Assembly (NCBI RefSeq): GCF_001949145.1 | Contig: NW_019091355.1 | Location: 1,759,107 to 1,823,106, forward strand | From: Acanthaster planci | Lineage: Eukaryota | Direction of reading: 5' to 3' | DNA: 64,000 nucleotides | Part shown: positions 55,101-64,000 of the stretch, in pieces | Position numbering within the stretch: the stretch's first letter is position 1 | How the letters are laid out: each line of letters opens with the position of its first letter | The notes under the pieces: generated by a model | Database searches by the model: none | Told to the model about the DNA's origin: nothing | What the model saw: only the letters and a program-made list of their open reading frames with translations | Program-made: the position numbers and the translations under genes

Positions 55101-58100
55101 CCCTGATTTTTCTCCACCAGCTGAGAAGTGGAAATTGTCGGGCAAGGACTGGGCCAGGTAGTTATCTCTGGGATGCATATACAGCTCTGGCTGGGGAGAT
55201 GGAGTGGGCAGCCAGTTGGGGATCTCTGCCTCTTGCTTGGGCTGTGGCTTACTGAAAATTCCAATGACTAAGCCACCATGCCCCTCACTGGATTTTTGCG
55301 CATTTATCTCCTCACTCAACTTCCTGACATGAATAACACGCAAGTTGTCAGACTGCTGGTCTTCCTTGACCATGACTGGCTCATTTGAAGTTTGCCTTTG
55401 AGGTGGTGGTGGTGATGGTGCTGCATGATGCAAGTTTGTGCTTCGCTGCTCGATGATCTTCTTCTCAAACAGTTGAATTTTGGACTTGTGGTCAAGCTCA
55501 GAAGAAGAGTCAGTCAAGCTTTGAGACTTTGTGCAATGGCTCGATGAGATTTGAGACTGTGGTGTTTTAACAGCAGCTTGAAGCCGGGGCTGGTTCTGGA
55601 CTTGGCTGAAGGGATCAAAGGTTACTGGAAGGTCATCTATTTGATTATCCCCAACAAGACTTTCCACTGGCTCGAGGTCAAATGAAGCCACACTGGACTC
55701 CTGGTCTGTTTCCTTGATTGGTGACTTCATCTGATACAGGGGTTTAAATGGCTGTGGGCTGGTGTTGAAGTTTCGCCAACCTCTGCCTTGTCCCACTTCA
55801 TTCTGGCTTTGAGTGAATTTCTTCATGCCACCCTTGTCCAGGGATTTCCCTGCAAATCTGGGCACCGAAGGGAGCGAAGAATCAGACTGCATCTTGCCAA
55901 CTTGGCCAATAGGGGGTGCCCTACACCTGGACTCGGGCGTGGATGGGATTTCCTTGTCTGGCTCAGAGTCCTCATCTTCGATCTGAGACAGGTCTGCCCT
56001 ATTCCAGCGCTGGAGCCTTCCAAGCCCTGGATTGTACATGGAACCGAGGACACGCCTAATTCCAAGGACCCCGGTGGACATGGAGCGTTCTGGAAGCTTT
56101 GGAGGGGCACTTGCATCAGGGCTTCCAGGTCTTACAACTTCTTCTCTTGGAGAAACTGGTGGAGAGACTCGGTGGCTTTTAGAAATACCACCATCAACTG
56201 GACTATTCAGATTCTCTGGTCCTTTTCTGCACAATATTGGATCATTCCTGTAACTATCATTGGTACTGACTGGGTCCAGTCGATCCTCAAGCTCCTCCTG
56301 ACCTTCTGTGCCTGCAATGGCCTCGTCAAAGCTCCTGCGTCGGGAGACGGGCGAAGGTCTGCCAGTCATCATGAATGGGGGGGTCTTTCTGCCTGCATCT
56401 AAGACTACTGATGAGGGCTGAGCAAGTCTGGTAATGGTCTCATGTTTCCCCTCCACTTTCATTTGGAGACTGTCCACCTGGTCCTCTGGCTTTAGCTTTT
56501 CCTCCATCCTGAGCTCTACAGAGGGCATCCCAACAGGAGACCATGCACGATCACTGCTCTTGATGTACGAACGGGGCAAAGTGCTGGCCCTTCCAAGAGG
56601 TCTGTGTTTGCTGGGGAAGCTTTCTAACGGCAGGTCAACCATTGGAACCCTTGGAATAAGTGACTCAAGCTCCTCCAAACTAAGGTTTACTTTGGGCACT
56701 TGCCGGTTTCTTTCTCCTTCAGACATGATATTTTGTGAGAGACCTGATGACTCATTTGGACCACCTTCTCCAGGGTCCTCAAAATCTGGTAGAGATGCTA
56801 CTTGACTGTTGGCCAAGGAGGGTGTGGCGCTTCCCAAGGATTCTATATTTTCATACCATTCATACAACTGGCCCACACGTAACTGCCTGGATTCCAATTC
56901 CTTGACTTTCTGCAAGTAAGTGTGCATCCGTATCTGCTCTAGTTTTTGCTCAGTGATCGGCAATCCAATGGCACCACGCTCCAACTTCTCAAAAAAGTCA
57001 TAGAGCTCAAAGATGTCTTTTTCCTTCTTCTTCAGCCCAGCATCAGTGTTCTTGTGCCAGGAGAAGCCGTCTATCTTTCCTTTGTCCATTATCTTCTCTC
57101 CATACTGTATTGCCATCTCTAATTCAAGAAAGTACTGAAGTGTCCTATAAAACCTCTCCAACTGGGCTGGTTTGGGCAGGTACTTCTCCTTCATAGTTTC
57201 CACTCTTTCCTTGTCATCTTGCTCAAGGTGGCGATTCACCTCTGAGTAGAACTTCACCAAGTCTTCATAGGTCTTGGACTGTTGGCTGGCCTTCTTGAGC
57301 CCTGTGGCATACTTCTGGTAAGACTCCTGGTTGAAAGCAGGTGACTTGACAGCCAGGGAGAGGTTCTCAGCTGAGATGGCCCGTCTCTTCTCTAAAGGAG
57401 CAAAGTTTCTGGCATTAGGACGCTCACTGTAAGGAAGCATATCAAAGTCTTCATCTTTAGGAGAATGCCTCTCTGAGCGGTGCTTCTTGATGTGCTTCAG
57501 CTTCTGGTGTTTCACACCTATTCTACCTCTCTTGAGTTTCTGCTCTCCATCAGCTGTTAGCTGGTCAGGGCTTAAAGATCCTGGTTTGGGGATTTTCTGA
57601 CCGTCGTCGCCATCAACTGAAGGGCCTGATTTGTCACTCTGTGTGTCCATCGAGATGACACTGTCCTCTGATTTTAAAGCCAGATCTGGAAGGCTACTGT
57701 TGACTGAAGCTGATGCAGACGATCGAGGCGCAAGGTTCAAAGAGATCCCCTGATTTCTAGGAGCAGATGAGGGCTGAGAGGCACTGCGTTCTTGTTCCCG
57801 TTCGAGGGAGTATGGCTCAAACAAAGATGTGGGTCTTGGGAGGTAGCGGGGTTCAAAATTTTCTCCTGTGTCACAGTCATGGCACTGAATTTTACCATCT
57901 GAGTTTACCTGACACACAATACCAGCATAGTCAACTCCTGAACACCCGTCAGCTGTTCCCCTTGGGCCAAACCTCACAGGCAGATCATCACTTCCATTGC
58001 TGGCATTGTCCACCTGCTCTCTAATGGAGTTACCCTGAGAACTTGCTTCATTCCCACTTGAAGCTGCCTCTGATTGGGCGGTACCATCAGGCCGGATGGG

Positions 58101-61100
58101 GGTTGGGGCTCCCCCTAAGTCCAAAAGAGGCTTCCTGAAGACTCCTGATGGTGGACTCTGAGAGTACTGTACTTTGTTCAAGTGTGTGAGAGTCATCTTT
58201 TGTGGTAATTCATGATATTGACATGGAAAAGAAGCAACGGAGTCATGTTTGGAATTTTGACCACTGCTCATTGACATGTCTTTGACTGAGCAGTTGGAAA
58301 ATTTCTGTAAATGAAAATGTGTTACATTATATGTTACTGCTGCTATGGGGTCTGTTTCAGTAACATCCATAGAGAGAGGGATATTCTTAGCAATGTTGTC
58401 CAAGACAGCATCCTGATTGGGTCGAAACTCTAAATGGCTAGCAGTTTCTTGGGGAATCATGCTCTGAGTGGATGGGTAATTATTTCCTCGCAAGCAATTC
58501 ACTGTGGTGAATGTCGATGGACTACATAGGTTAGGGTTAGTAGAGAAAATGCTTGGGATCGTGCCTGTTGTAAAAGAACAAAGGAAAGACGGAAAATAAG
58601 AATATTAGCCAGCATTCTGAGGTTTCTAACAATGCATACTCACACACCTTATGTTTGGAGTTTTAAAAAAAGCTAAGTTTTGCAAATGGTTGAACCTACG
58701 TGTAATTACAAGCATTTCCTTGATTCCATTGCCAGTAACAGTGGGTTTTCTTCACATAATAAATTTGCAAGATGCATGTTATAGTGAAACAAATGTTTTA
58801 CACTCACTTCCACAGGATTTTCACATCTAAAAGGACTAATTCCAAGGTGCTACAACAAACTGTACTGTATCCATTCCACTTTGTGCATTTTAAGTCATAT
58901 CCTAAGTAAATCTAATTCTAAATGGATTTTCTAAACATGTCAGAAAACGTAACCCATTTTATTTTGGTCATTTTTCTTCTCTTCACAAAACACACATTTT
59001 GCACATTTTCACCGGGACCACAGGTGTTTTTTTTGTTATAATTGGAATTTCGTTATAGCCATTTTTGTATTAACGAGAGTCGACTGCAGTTGTGAATCGC
59101 ACTCTTCAATGTTAGGATGTTTTAGACTTCTTGATCAGGATTACCGGTGGCAGTCCTGAATTTTGTAACTCAAGTGTTGGAAATGACTGTCAGTATTAAT
59201 GGAATAGGTCCATCAAATTTAGCTTTTAGCAATGGCAAAATGATTCTAGACAAAATGAAGCCTGCAAACTTGAATAAAACCTGAAAATATGATTCCCATA
59301 ATTTTAGTCTACCACATTTTCTCAGTTTGGGTTGTGCTGAATTCTGCCCAACGTTGAAAGAACATGCCCTGCTTAACATTATGCACGAAAAGTATTCTGA
59401 ACAATGCCATACGATGACTTCAAGTGCAGCAAACAGCATTCCTCACATGCACTTTGGCCGTACAGCTGATGATTTTGCAGTCAACTTCTTTGTTTTATTC
59501 TTAAGCGGAACGGGTTCTTTATTTGTTTAGCTGTTGAATTCGGCTAACAAAGATCAGTAGAAACTGTGATGTCAGTGTGCTTCCATTTTCAAAATTTGAA
59601 TCAGAATTTGACGACAGTAACAAATACGGGGACAAATACGCCAGTATGCTTCCAGCAAGGTACTGTGCTCACAGTTTGCCATTTTGAATTTTCATCGGAT
59701 GCTGACAACCATTATCAGTGAGGGCAAACTGATCACTTTACACAGACTTTATGAATCAAAACAAGTCAACATTCTCTCCGCAATCTGCACTTCACAGCAC
59801 TCTCAAGTCATTTAACTTCTGTCAGTGGGCAGACTGAAGCAAGTCTACAAGTTAGATGAATGGTACCACATTAGCAGCAGCATACAGATCAAACTCTGGT
59901 AGTAAAGCTTATTAAAGTGAAGCCAGCACTAAGAATTGTCTGAAGAGCTTGAACTGTTAAAACCATGCATAAATTGAACTCAACTCCTGCTAATTTTGTC
60001 ACCAGTGCTTCACATGCACATGTAGTTCCACCCAGTAGAATGTTCATTTGAAAGCTTGGATTTGCTTGAGCAATGTATTCAGACTGATTTAAACCCTTGG
60101 CTTGATGCATACAATTCTAACCATGCTACAGATGAGTCAAAAGGGATGGGCAGTTGCAGCTCTATCCTGTTAACTGCAACAAAGGACCAAAGACATTTTG
60201 TTCAGGCTTTGGAAATTTCTTTCACGAACCATGCCATTCCTGACACTTTGAATGGGATCCGTCTTGTAAAATTCCGTGGGCTACTGGTGACATTCAGGGT
60301 GGTGGGTTAAAATTAATACACTGTAGCACCTGTTGCAGATTTGCAGGTTTGTGTTCAGTGTTTTTTTTGTTCCTCATTAAACTCTATACTGAACGACATT
60401 TACTGTGCATAACACCGAGAGAGTGTCATTCTCATAAAAAGCACAATTTTACTTTGAAATGTGTCAGCCTTTCTTTTCACAATACTTATTTCTCTAAGAA
60501 CTTGAGGTACCCAGTGAATGTCGAGGATCTAGAGGACTCACCGTGTCATTTTTTACTGAAAAGGAAACAGCTATAAAGGTTAGTTTCTGACCAGATTTAC
60601 TCCTGTTGTTGATTTGTGTCCACAAGGGTTTAACAGAACCCCCTTTCCGTCAGAAGTTAGGGAACTTCGCAGAGGAGAGCCAATGCTAGCCTGTACCTTG
60701 TCTGGTTAAAGGTGGCTGTGAAAGGGGTCTGGTGCAGGTCCAACAGACCCAAGCTAGATCCCTGCTAATCTCAAAAGGTTAACTCAACACCTTAAAGACT
60801 ACCAGCTACAAGACGACTTGCACTTGGTTGCCATGGTGCTATCCTCCCGCCTGTAGCTGAAAGATCAAAGGCAACCTAAAACTGCCTGTAAAGCGACAAA
60901 CGGAGAATCCACATGGGAAAATTGGCATGAAGGGAAGGTGACCTACCTTGTTTAGGGGAGAGATGCCTTGCCGAGGGCGATTCAGATGGGACTTGGTTGA
61001 ATTGAGCAAAATCCCTTGGCAGGGTTGTGCTTTTCTTCGTGTTTTGCCTGCAGGAACAATTTTTTTTTCAATGACTGTGATAAATACATGAAGACCATGA

Positions 61101-62727
61101 AGAAAATACTAGGTGTTCCATTCAGCGAAACAGATTCACAAGCACAGGTGGCATATTAATGAAGGCTACATGATTTCATTGACTCACATGTACTGATTAC
61201 CATTTGGATCTTCAAAACTGTATGAAGGACATTAATGACGCCCCTTGAACAAAGACACCAGATGGTTTCAGTCTTAACCCTAACAGTCCTCAATCATCCG
61301 ATTTCAACATAATTTACGGACATGGGTTAGGGTTCATGTAATCCAAAGAATAATGATACTCACACAGCTGATATGGGCTCAATTGGTGGATTGTACAACT
61401 GTGCCGTCGGCTGTAAGTAGGAGGCAAACAAATGGAATTAGGCATTTCTCACTTGGACTTAATCATACCCAGATTTGCAAAATTATCATGATGAAGTGTT
61501 CAACTTGAAAAAATTAGTCTACAATTAGACTGATGTTTGAAAGTGCAATAAAGGGTTTGCATGGCTGCCATCTTACAGGTCAGTATTTTTGTTCTACAGG
61601 GTATGCACAAAGGTTTCCCCGTGGAACAAAACAACAGCTGTACAGGATGGCTACCCTGCAAAGCTTCTTCTGAACCTTTTGAAGATCAAGCAGAAACTCA
61701 AGTGAGTGTTCAAGTGGCCAAACTTCCACTGGAGTTTGAGTAATGAGCTATACAGATCACGCTGTTTGAGTGAGTCCATAAAGAACTGACCGATTTGTCT
61801 CTCTCTGCCAGCGACGATTTCCCTGGCTCATAGTCAATGATACTGCGAGGTTGCTGGTGGTAGCGGTCAATGGTGTTGCGGGCGCTGGTGTTTGGTGAAT
61901 GTTGCCTGTAAAAATGTCAAGAGCAGGCTTTTGAAACAATTGCTGAAATTCAACATTAATGAGTAGCAAACAATGGTTGAAAGCCTTGGATGGAAAGCCT
62001 GGTTGAGTTTCAACGTCACTAACCTAAAATTCCCAGCGACCCAGTGAGCTTATGGAGTTAGTTTATATGTTTGTGCTGTAAAATTCAACAGTTCGTTTCA
62101 GTACTTAAAAAAAAAATTCGATCATGGCATGCAAATGTTTAATCAGAAAACAAAAGAATATTCCAAGTGGAGGCAGATTTGAGCTCATGTAAATACAGGA
62201 ATACAAACGGACAGAGGGGGGCCATGGCCCTGTGTGTTCCATTGGATTCCCCAATTTCAATGAACCTGGATCTGCCCAATTGATTCCAAGGTAAAGACGA
62301 TTTTCATTTGAATAGAAAATAATTGATGAAAGTTGATTAGAGAAAACTTTGGTTTATATCCATGTAGTCGGCTCGTTCTATAAATTTGTGCTCCGATATG
62401 TGACATCTTTTTGCCCCTGTTACCGGTACACTTGACCTGTGTTATTTGGCAAGGGATGTGTCACTGAAATTGAATTCTATGCTGATTTGTTTGGCAGCTA
62501 ATCTGCATAACTTCATGACTCTAGGAACCAATGTCAATGTCTTCTAAACTTGCACAATCGTGCATCAGATGTGACAGCAACATGAAAAAACTGGATCCCG
62601 AGCTCATGGAATGACCAAGAAGTGACTGGGTCCTTGTCTTCTGACTCTTAAGAACACAACGGTGCGTACCTGTGTGGTGGTGATTTTGGTGGTGACACAT
62701 GCAACGTTGGATCATGACTCCACTGGT
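28096..62727 (-). CDS. SORBS: Sorbin and SH3 domain-containing adaptor (SORBS/CAP/ArgBP2/vinexin family); multi-exon, 5'-partial (SoHo domain presumably beyond 64000)
   Basis: About 16 phase-consistent exons on the - strand encoding the family motif [23 protein letters not shown], a coiled-coil/[13 protein letters not shown] segment and three C-terminal SH3 domains, the last ending [21 protein letters not shown]. Confidence 0.92.
28517..28682 (-). CDS. SORBS: SORBS-family gene, SH3 #3 exon
   Basis: ttctttgcag|[56 protein letters not shown]|gtaacg. Confidence 0.95.
29733..29764 (-). CDS. SORBS: SORBS-family gene, 32-nt exon
   Basis: tatactacag|CCT...GAT CT|gtgagt; [11 protein letters not shown]; supplies the phase 0 to 2 change needed before SH3 #3. 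Confidence 0.78.
30236..30462 (-). CDS. SORBS: SORBS-family gene, Ser/Gln-rich linker exon
   Basis: ttacataaag|GT GTC...CCT AAG|gtaaat; overlaps ORF 30098..30388; phase 1/0. Confidence 0.75.
34210..34482 (+). mobile_element. Degenerate tRNA-derived SINE (ends approximate)
   Basis: A-box TGGCATAATGG 34220-34230, B-box GTTCAAACC 34256-34264, then GGCAAGA..TTGCCTCTCTCCACCTAGGAGTTCAAATGAGGTACC resembling the conserved central domain of V-type SINEs; AT-rich tail. Confidence 0.62.
34525..34584 (-). CDS. SORBS: Possible 60-nt cassette exon in the SH3#2-SH3#3 linker
   Basis: Strong donor |gtaagt, weak acceptor catacacag|; open frame [20 protein letters not shown]; phase 1/1. Confidence 0.35.
37608..37722 (-). 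CDS. SORBS: SORBS-family gene, SH3 #2 C-terminal exon
   Basis: caaactag|[38 protein letters not shown]|gtaaga. Confidence 0.93.
38356..38475 (-). CDS. SORBS: SORBS-family gene, SH3 #2 N-terminal exon
   Basis: tttgccag|[40 protein letters not shown]|gtgagt. Confidence 0.92.
38779..39002. mobile_element. MITE-like foldback element, family B
   Basis: TIRs GGGTCCAATTTGATAGAGCTG / GCGGTTCTATGAAATTGGCTCC; inner arms AAAAACCTTGCTT/AAGCAAGGTTTTT and AGGTTACCAGC/GCTGGTAACCT; possible decayed relative near 63140-63297. Confidence 0.75.
39208..39322 (-). CDS. SORBS: SORBS-family gene, SH3 #1 C-terminal exon
   Basis: [38 protein letters not shown]|gtaagg. Confidence 0.93.
39495..39544 (-). CDS. SORBS: SORBS-family gene, SH3 #1 N-terminal exon
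   Basis: ctttcttttcag|GTT...CAC AA|gtgagt; [17 protein letters not shown]. Confidence 0.9.
39740..39901 (-). CDS. SORBS: SORBS-family gene, coiled-coil/pre-SH3 exon
   Basis: ttttttcag|AAG...GAG|gtgagg; [54 protein letters not shown]. Confidence 0.87.
40390..40478 (-). CDS. SORBS: SORBS-family gene, internal exon
   Basis: tttgttggctag|GG TCC...GCA GAG|gtgaga; [29 protein letters not shown]; phase 1/0. Confidence 0.78.
44503..44598. repeat. Imperfect hairpin centred near TACATGTA
   Basis: AGATCGCGATCAGTGATC..TGGTTCACT pairs with AGTGAACCA..GATCACTGATTGAGATCT. Confidence 0.65.
44730..45765 (-). CDS. SORBS: SORBS-family gene, probable alternative first coding exon (Pro/Gln/His-rich, about 345 aa)
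   Basis: ORF 44674..45765 with an in-frame stop 11 codons upstream of the ATG and no strong acceptor in between; donor CAA A|gtaaat at 44730 is phase 1, matching the 40478 exon. Confidence 0.68.
49539..49763. mobile_element. Short non-autonomous DNA transposon with TIRs and target-site duplication, family C
   Basis: CAGGTGTGAGA...TCTCACTCCTG (10/11 inverted match) flanked on both sides by CATCAG; subterminal AAAATCCTGA repeats also seen at 38155-38214. Confidence 0.62.
51157..51303 (-). CDS. SORBS: SORBS-family gene, internal exon
   Basis: catacaacag|AG GAG...ACA G|gtgcat; [48 protein letters not shown]; 147 nt, phase 1/1. Confidence 0.75.
53729..58564 (-). CDS. SORBS: SORBS-family gene, giant 4836-nt exon (1612 codons), mostly Ser/Pro/Gln-rich and disordered
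   Basis: ORF 53721..58502 extends in frame to the strong acceptor ctttgttcttttacaacag| at 58564; weak donor AAAG|gttact at 53729; phase 1/1; lies between other SORBS exons on the same strand. Confidence 0.85.
59033..59087. mobile_element. Single terminal fragment of a Tc1/mariner/pogo-like element
   Basis: TTGTTATAA..TTCGTTATA..TTAACGAGAGTCGACTG resembles pogo/Tigger-type TIR ends; no partner end found. Confidence 0.35.
60947..61047 (-). CDS. SORBS: SORBS-family gene, internal exon
   Basis: gttcctgcag|G CAA...CAA G|gtaggt; [33 protein letters not shown]; phase 2/1. Confidence 0.78.
61364..61410 (-). CDS. SORBS: SORBS-family gene, 47-nt exon
   Basis: cctacttacag|CCG...GCT GT|gtgagt; [16 protein letters not shown]; phase 0/2. 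Confidence 0.78.
61791..61905 (-). CDS. SORBS: SORBS-family gene, exon with the conserved YEPGKSS motif
   Basis: tttttacag|G CAA...AAA TCG|gtcagt; [38 protein letters not shown] (a different frame from the ORF track). Confidence 0.9.
62670..62727 (-). CDS. SORBS: SORBS-family gene, most 5' exon found
   Basis: T-rich acceptor ttggacacag| and |gtacgc donor; [19 protein letters not shown]; phase 2 out matches the next exon. Confidence 0.62.
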
Positions 62728-64000
62728 CTGTGTCCAAAAAAAAAAATTGCCAAACAAAAACTGAAACAATATATTTTGTACACATTACTTTAAATTTCAC
62801 CTTGTCAACACTTCAGCACAATACCAGGAATATCCAATGATTGTGTATTTCAATAATTACAGGGCAATGCTTTTGTGAAGTTATAGCTGGGGCATGAAAG
62901 GCCAGTTCCATCACTTACTGTACAGCGAACCGCAACTTTTTTGCAACTGGCATTATTAAGTTTGAGAGTTTGGGCAATGGAAATTTCCGAGTACATGTAC
63001 ACACAATTATACCAGAGTTACAGTTGTGAAATATGCCTAGAGTTACCACTGAGCAGAGTCTCTTTGTATAAAGTAAGGCCAATAAACTAGGACCAATACT
63101 CCCTCGCTATCCAAGATCACATCCAGTTTCATACAGCTGCTAGACTCAAAAATGTGCTGAGCACAACACCGAGTGGCTCAGCTGATGCAGGCTACCAGTC
63201 AACATGCCATGCAATTTAGTACTGCCTGTGACTGGTTACCGGATGCTTTTCGCATAGCACATAAATTGCTGAGATATATGTTGAAATTGAGACCAGATTT
63301 AAACTAGAAAGAACAATGAAAAGTAACACTACAAGTGGAAGCAAAATCTCAGAAAAATCACATTTATGCTGAATACAAGAGTGGGCTGTTCAAATCAAAA
63401 GGACTTACCAGAATAATTTAAAACCACCAAAAAAAACCATTTTATTGTCTGGTGTGCAAATTATTCTGTGCTAAATATAAGCGATTGTGCCCTGTGCATA
63501 TTTAAACCAACAGTTTTCAGGGAAGTTGTGAAACTTGCTGAGTCAAACTGTACTTTGTACTTAAGTTGGCTGAGCAACGGACATGGAAATGAACCTGTGT
63601 CCCTTGTGAATTTACAATGTACATAATCACCGCTAGTCGGTGCTTTAACATCCAACAGGTGACAAGGAATTACAAACAAAATCAAAACCACAAGCATGCC
63701 CACACCTGTCAGAACCAACTTAACGCTGCTCACAAAGAAGTGCCTTTTCTGGATATCAAGCACACTTCTGTAATTGACTTCATGCCTGAACAGGAAGAAC
63801 ACAAGGTATGATTGGATAACCTATGGGCCATCTGTCACCTAGACTGGTACCCTGGGGGAATAGAGTACTGACGTGTGACGTTACTGTGAACCAGAAAGGC
63901 AATGCAAACGAATGGAGTACGCGCGCATGTTGGTTCACGCGCTGGTTCTCACGCTAATGCCTTTTACACACTAATTGTGTGCGTGACGTATTCACTTCGG

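Noticed and set aside
53721..58502. 1593-aa ORF as a stand-alone gene or transposon ORF
   Set aside because: It starts at GTG, extends to a canonical acceptor, shows no RT/transposase/integrase motifs and fits in phase between SORBS exons.
1..64000. Prokaryotic systems (CRISPR arrays, operons, rRNA, defence islands)
   Set aside because: No regularly spaced direct repeats or dense ORF packing; the architecture is intron-exon eukaryotic.

Overview
Eukaryotic (animal, most likely a marine invertebrate bilaterian; species not determinable) genomic DNA with spliced genes, so most short ORFs in the supplied track are spurious. Three actin/Z-disc-type genes could be assembled by hand from GT-AG sites with consistent reading phases. 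(1) A + strand synaptopodin-2-like gene (PDZ exon 5540-5691 to stop at 9763; the first PDZ exon was not found in the window). (2) A + strand gene with one coding exon (18718-19719) encoding a calsarcin/myozenin-like protein that ends in ESDDL and is a clear paralogue of gene 1's last exon, with a candidate CArG/TATA promoter at about 14.3 kb. (3) A convergent - strand sorbin/SH3 adaptor gene (SORBS/CAP/vinexin family; at least 62727 down to 28096, 5' end outside the window) with three SH3 domains, a 4.8-kb frame-preserving giant exon, a probable alternative first exon and unusual splice signals. The synaptopodin-like then myozenin-like tandem mirrors the vertebrate SYNPO/MYOZ gene pairs. Introns and intergenic DNA carry palindromic MITE-like elements, a tRNA-derived SINE and many TACATGTA motifs. 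Family assignments rest on motif recognition from memory, not on database searches.
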